The translations under genes and the position numbers were made by a program. Of a DNA stretch of 64,000 nucleotides, positions 62,644 to 64,000 are shown in pieces (the first letter of the stretch is position 1; every line of letters begins with the position of its first letter). Location of the stretch: the IMG/VR virus record IMGVR_UViG_3300042453_004886, positions 96,001-160,000 of that record; one strand, written 5' to 3'. The DNA is from a virus. Under the pieces are notes generated by a model. It had not been told where the DNA came from, searched no databases, and saw only the letters and a program-made list of their open reading frames with translations.

Positions 62644-63759
62644 ATGGCTTACAAATTTACGTTTGCTGATGGCAGCTCAACAGTAAATTTAGTACCTGAA
62701 ACAGCTACAAAAGCTATCTGGTACTTAAAAGAAGCTCTTAAATCAGCTGGCTGGGTTGTCAAACATACGTTTAAAGCAGCAAGCCAAACCTTGGAGTCTC
62801 CCGACTCAACTGGAACAACTTCTGATATTTCTCCAGATTCAGATGGCTTAGCATCAAATGGCTCTTGGTTTGTCATTCAGCAACCTTCAGCTAATGCAGA
62901 CTCAAGCCCTGTTCAAGCACCTTTTGGCGGAACCAGACAGTATATATTTGTTCGAGGAAATGACGATAAGCAATGGTATATTGGCTACAGTTACACAGGT
63001 ACATTTGGAAACGCAACTGTAACTGATATTGCTTATGCTCCGGATGAAAAACCAGTAATCGGTTCTGTTCCCTTTGTATCAAGAAATACGTCAAATCATG
63101 AAATTTCTGGAATAACATTTACTTACAACATGTTTCCAGATGTAGTAAGCACGGGTGGATCCGTTCTTCAGTTAGGTGTTTCGGATAAAGCTCCGTTTAC
63201 TTTTTACTTTGTAAACTACATTAGTGGAACAAATCAAAACGCTGACACTGGCGCAACTACAGGTTTCATGACGGAAGCAATGGCTCCGGGTACGTTTACT
63301 TTTGATTCAGACAATCCGTATAACCCGGCGTTTACGGACATTGATCCAATTGTTCACTATATTCACCCTTACATTGGCTATTACTCCTATTACGGAATGG
63401 TTCAGCCAACTGCTGCTTTTTCAGTAGGAATGCTTTCTCAGAGTGCTACAAATGGAAAAATGTGGTTTAAACCTACTTCAGGAAACGCTCAGTGGGGTAA
63501 TGTATCAGCTGGCTTAACGTCATTTACTTCCGGAAGTGTTCCAAACGGTATGGGGAACGACCACATAACAAATAAAGTTATTCTTGTTCCAATACAGTGG
63601 GGATCAGGCTCACTTGGTTTGAGAGGGATTGGTTCAACATTTAGGTGGCCTTCCAGTAATCTTTTACACGGTCAGCTTGTTTCTGGGGCTACTGATAAAG
63701 TTTGCTTTGATGATCTTGTATTTCCTTGGCCAAGTGATGAAATCATTCCTTTCAGGTAA
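62644..63759 (+). CDS. Putative virion structural protein
   Basis: GAGGA SD; Gly/Ser/Thr-rich beta protein; L..AGW motif typical of tail-associated proteins. Confidence 0.55.
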   Translation: MAYKFTFADGSSTVNLVPETATKAIWYLKEALKSAGWVVKHTFKAASQTLESPDSTGTTSDISPDSDGLASNGSWFVIQQPSANADSSPVQAPFGGTRQYIFVRGNDDKQWYIGYSYTGTFGNATVTDIAYAPDEKPVIGSVPFVSRNTSNHEISGITFTYNMFPDVVSTGGSVLQLGVSDKAPFTFYFVNYISGTNQNADTGATTGFMTEAMAPGTFTFDSDNPYNPAFTDIDPIVHYIHPYIGYYSYYGMVQPTAAFSVGMLSQSATNGKMWFKPTSGNAQWGNVSAGLTSFTSGSVPNGMGNDHITNKVILVPIQWGSGSLGLRGIGSTFRWPSSNLLHGQLVSGATDKVCFDDLVFPWPSDEIIPFR

Positions 63760-63764
63760 TTTAA

Positions 63765-64000
63765 ATGGATGTTTTGGAAAGCTTTGAGTGGTCAACCTAT
63801 AGCTTTGAATCTGGCTTAAACATATTTTTAGCTGTAGAAGTAAACTACACCTTAGAGCCTTTTAAAATAAAAAGTTACTACAACTTATCAAACTACACTT
63901 TAGAAACTTCTAACATTAAAGTTTACTCAAGTGACTATCCCACCTCCGCAGTGGCTTTTAGAGAAATTACGCTTACTCCCCCAACTACAACTACAACTAC
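63765..64000 (+). CDS. Partial ORF with poly-Thr tract, truncated by the window end
   Basis: MDVLESFEW...TLTPPTTTTT; open to the end of the window. Confidence 0.55.
   Translation, partial: MDVLESFEWSTYSFESGLNIFLAVEVNYTLEPFKIKSYYNLSNYTLETSNIKVYSSDYPTSAVAFREITLTPPTTTTT

Noticed and set aside
1-64000. Alternative genetic code (stop-codon reassignment)
   Set aside because: Long ORFs and tight gene packing are obtained with the standard code, all three stop codons end genes, and no suppressor tRNA was seen.

Overview
The window looks like a segment of a large (jumbo-type) tailed phage genome. Almost all genes are on the + strand. It has three parts. (1) 1-8.05 kb, AT-rich: a giant ORF of at least 2576 aa, probably 5'-truncated, with a two-barrel RNA polymerase catalytic signature (LNLGDFDGD) and C-terminal hydrophobic segments, followed by a small convergent ribbon-helix-helix gene. 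(2) About 8.3-28.3 kb, a sharply GC-rich putative early region: 11 copies of a hairpin-CCTCTTTAAAAAGAG-GGTGCGTAC element in front of genes, two tandem paralogous ~1200-1270 aa single-chain two-barrel RNA-polymerase-like genes (DHDGD and DFDGE), each preceded by a near-identical tiny acidic peptide gene and a branched hairpin element, plus PcfJ-like, GNAT-like, SSB-like-tailed and TctA-like genes. (3) 28.3-64 kb, AT-rich: an iteron/operator/DnaA-box/palindrome-rich non-coding region (origin or injection-stop-like); many small hypothetical genes in paralogous families; a tRNA cluster (Lys-UUU, Asn-GUU, CAU and Leu-UAA each with a group I intron, Arg-UCU-like, Ile-UAU) with a free-standing HNH gene; deaminase, spore-photoproduct-lyase-like, thyX and rnhA genes; three paralogous tail-fibre genes; a ferritin-like fusion; and a glycosyltransferase. 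The most notable candidate system is a three-polymerase transcription cascade with its own hairpin promoters and peptide cofactors. All functional calls come from motif recognition by eye. No database searches or folding computations were run, and GC values are visual impressions.
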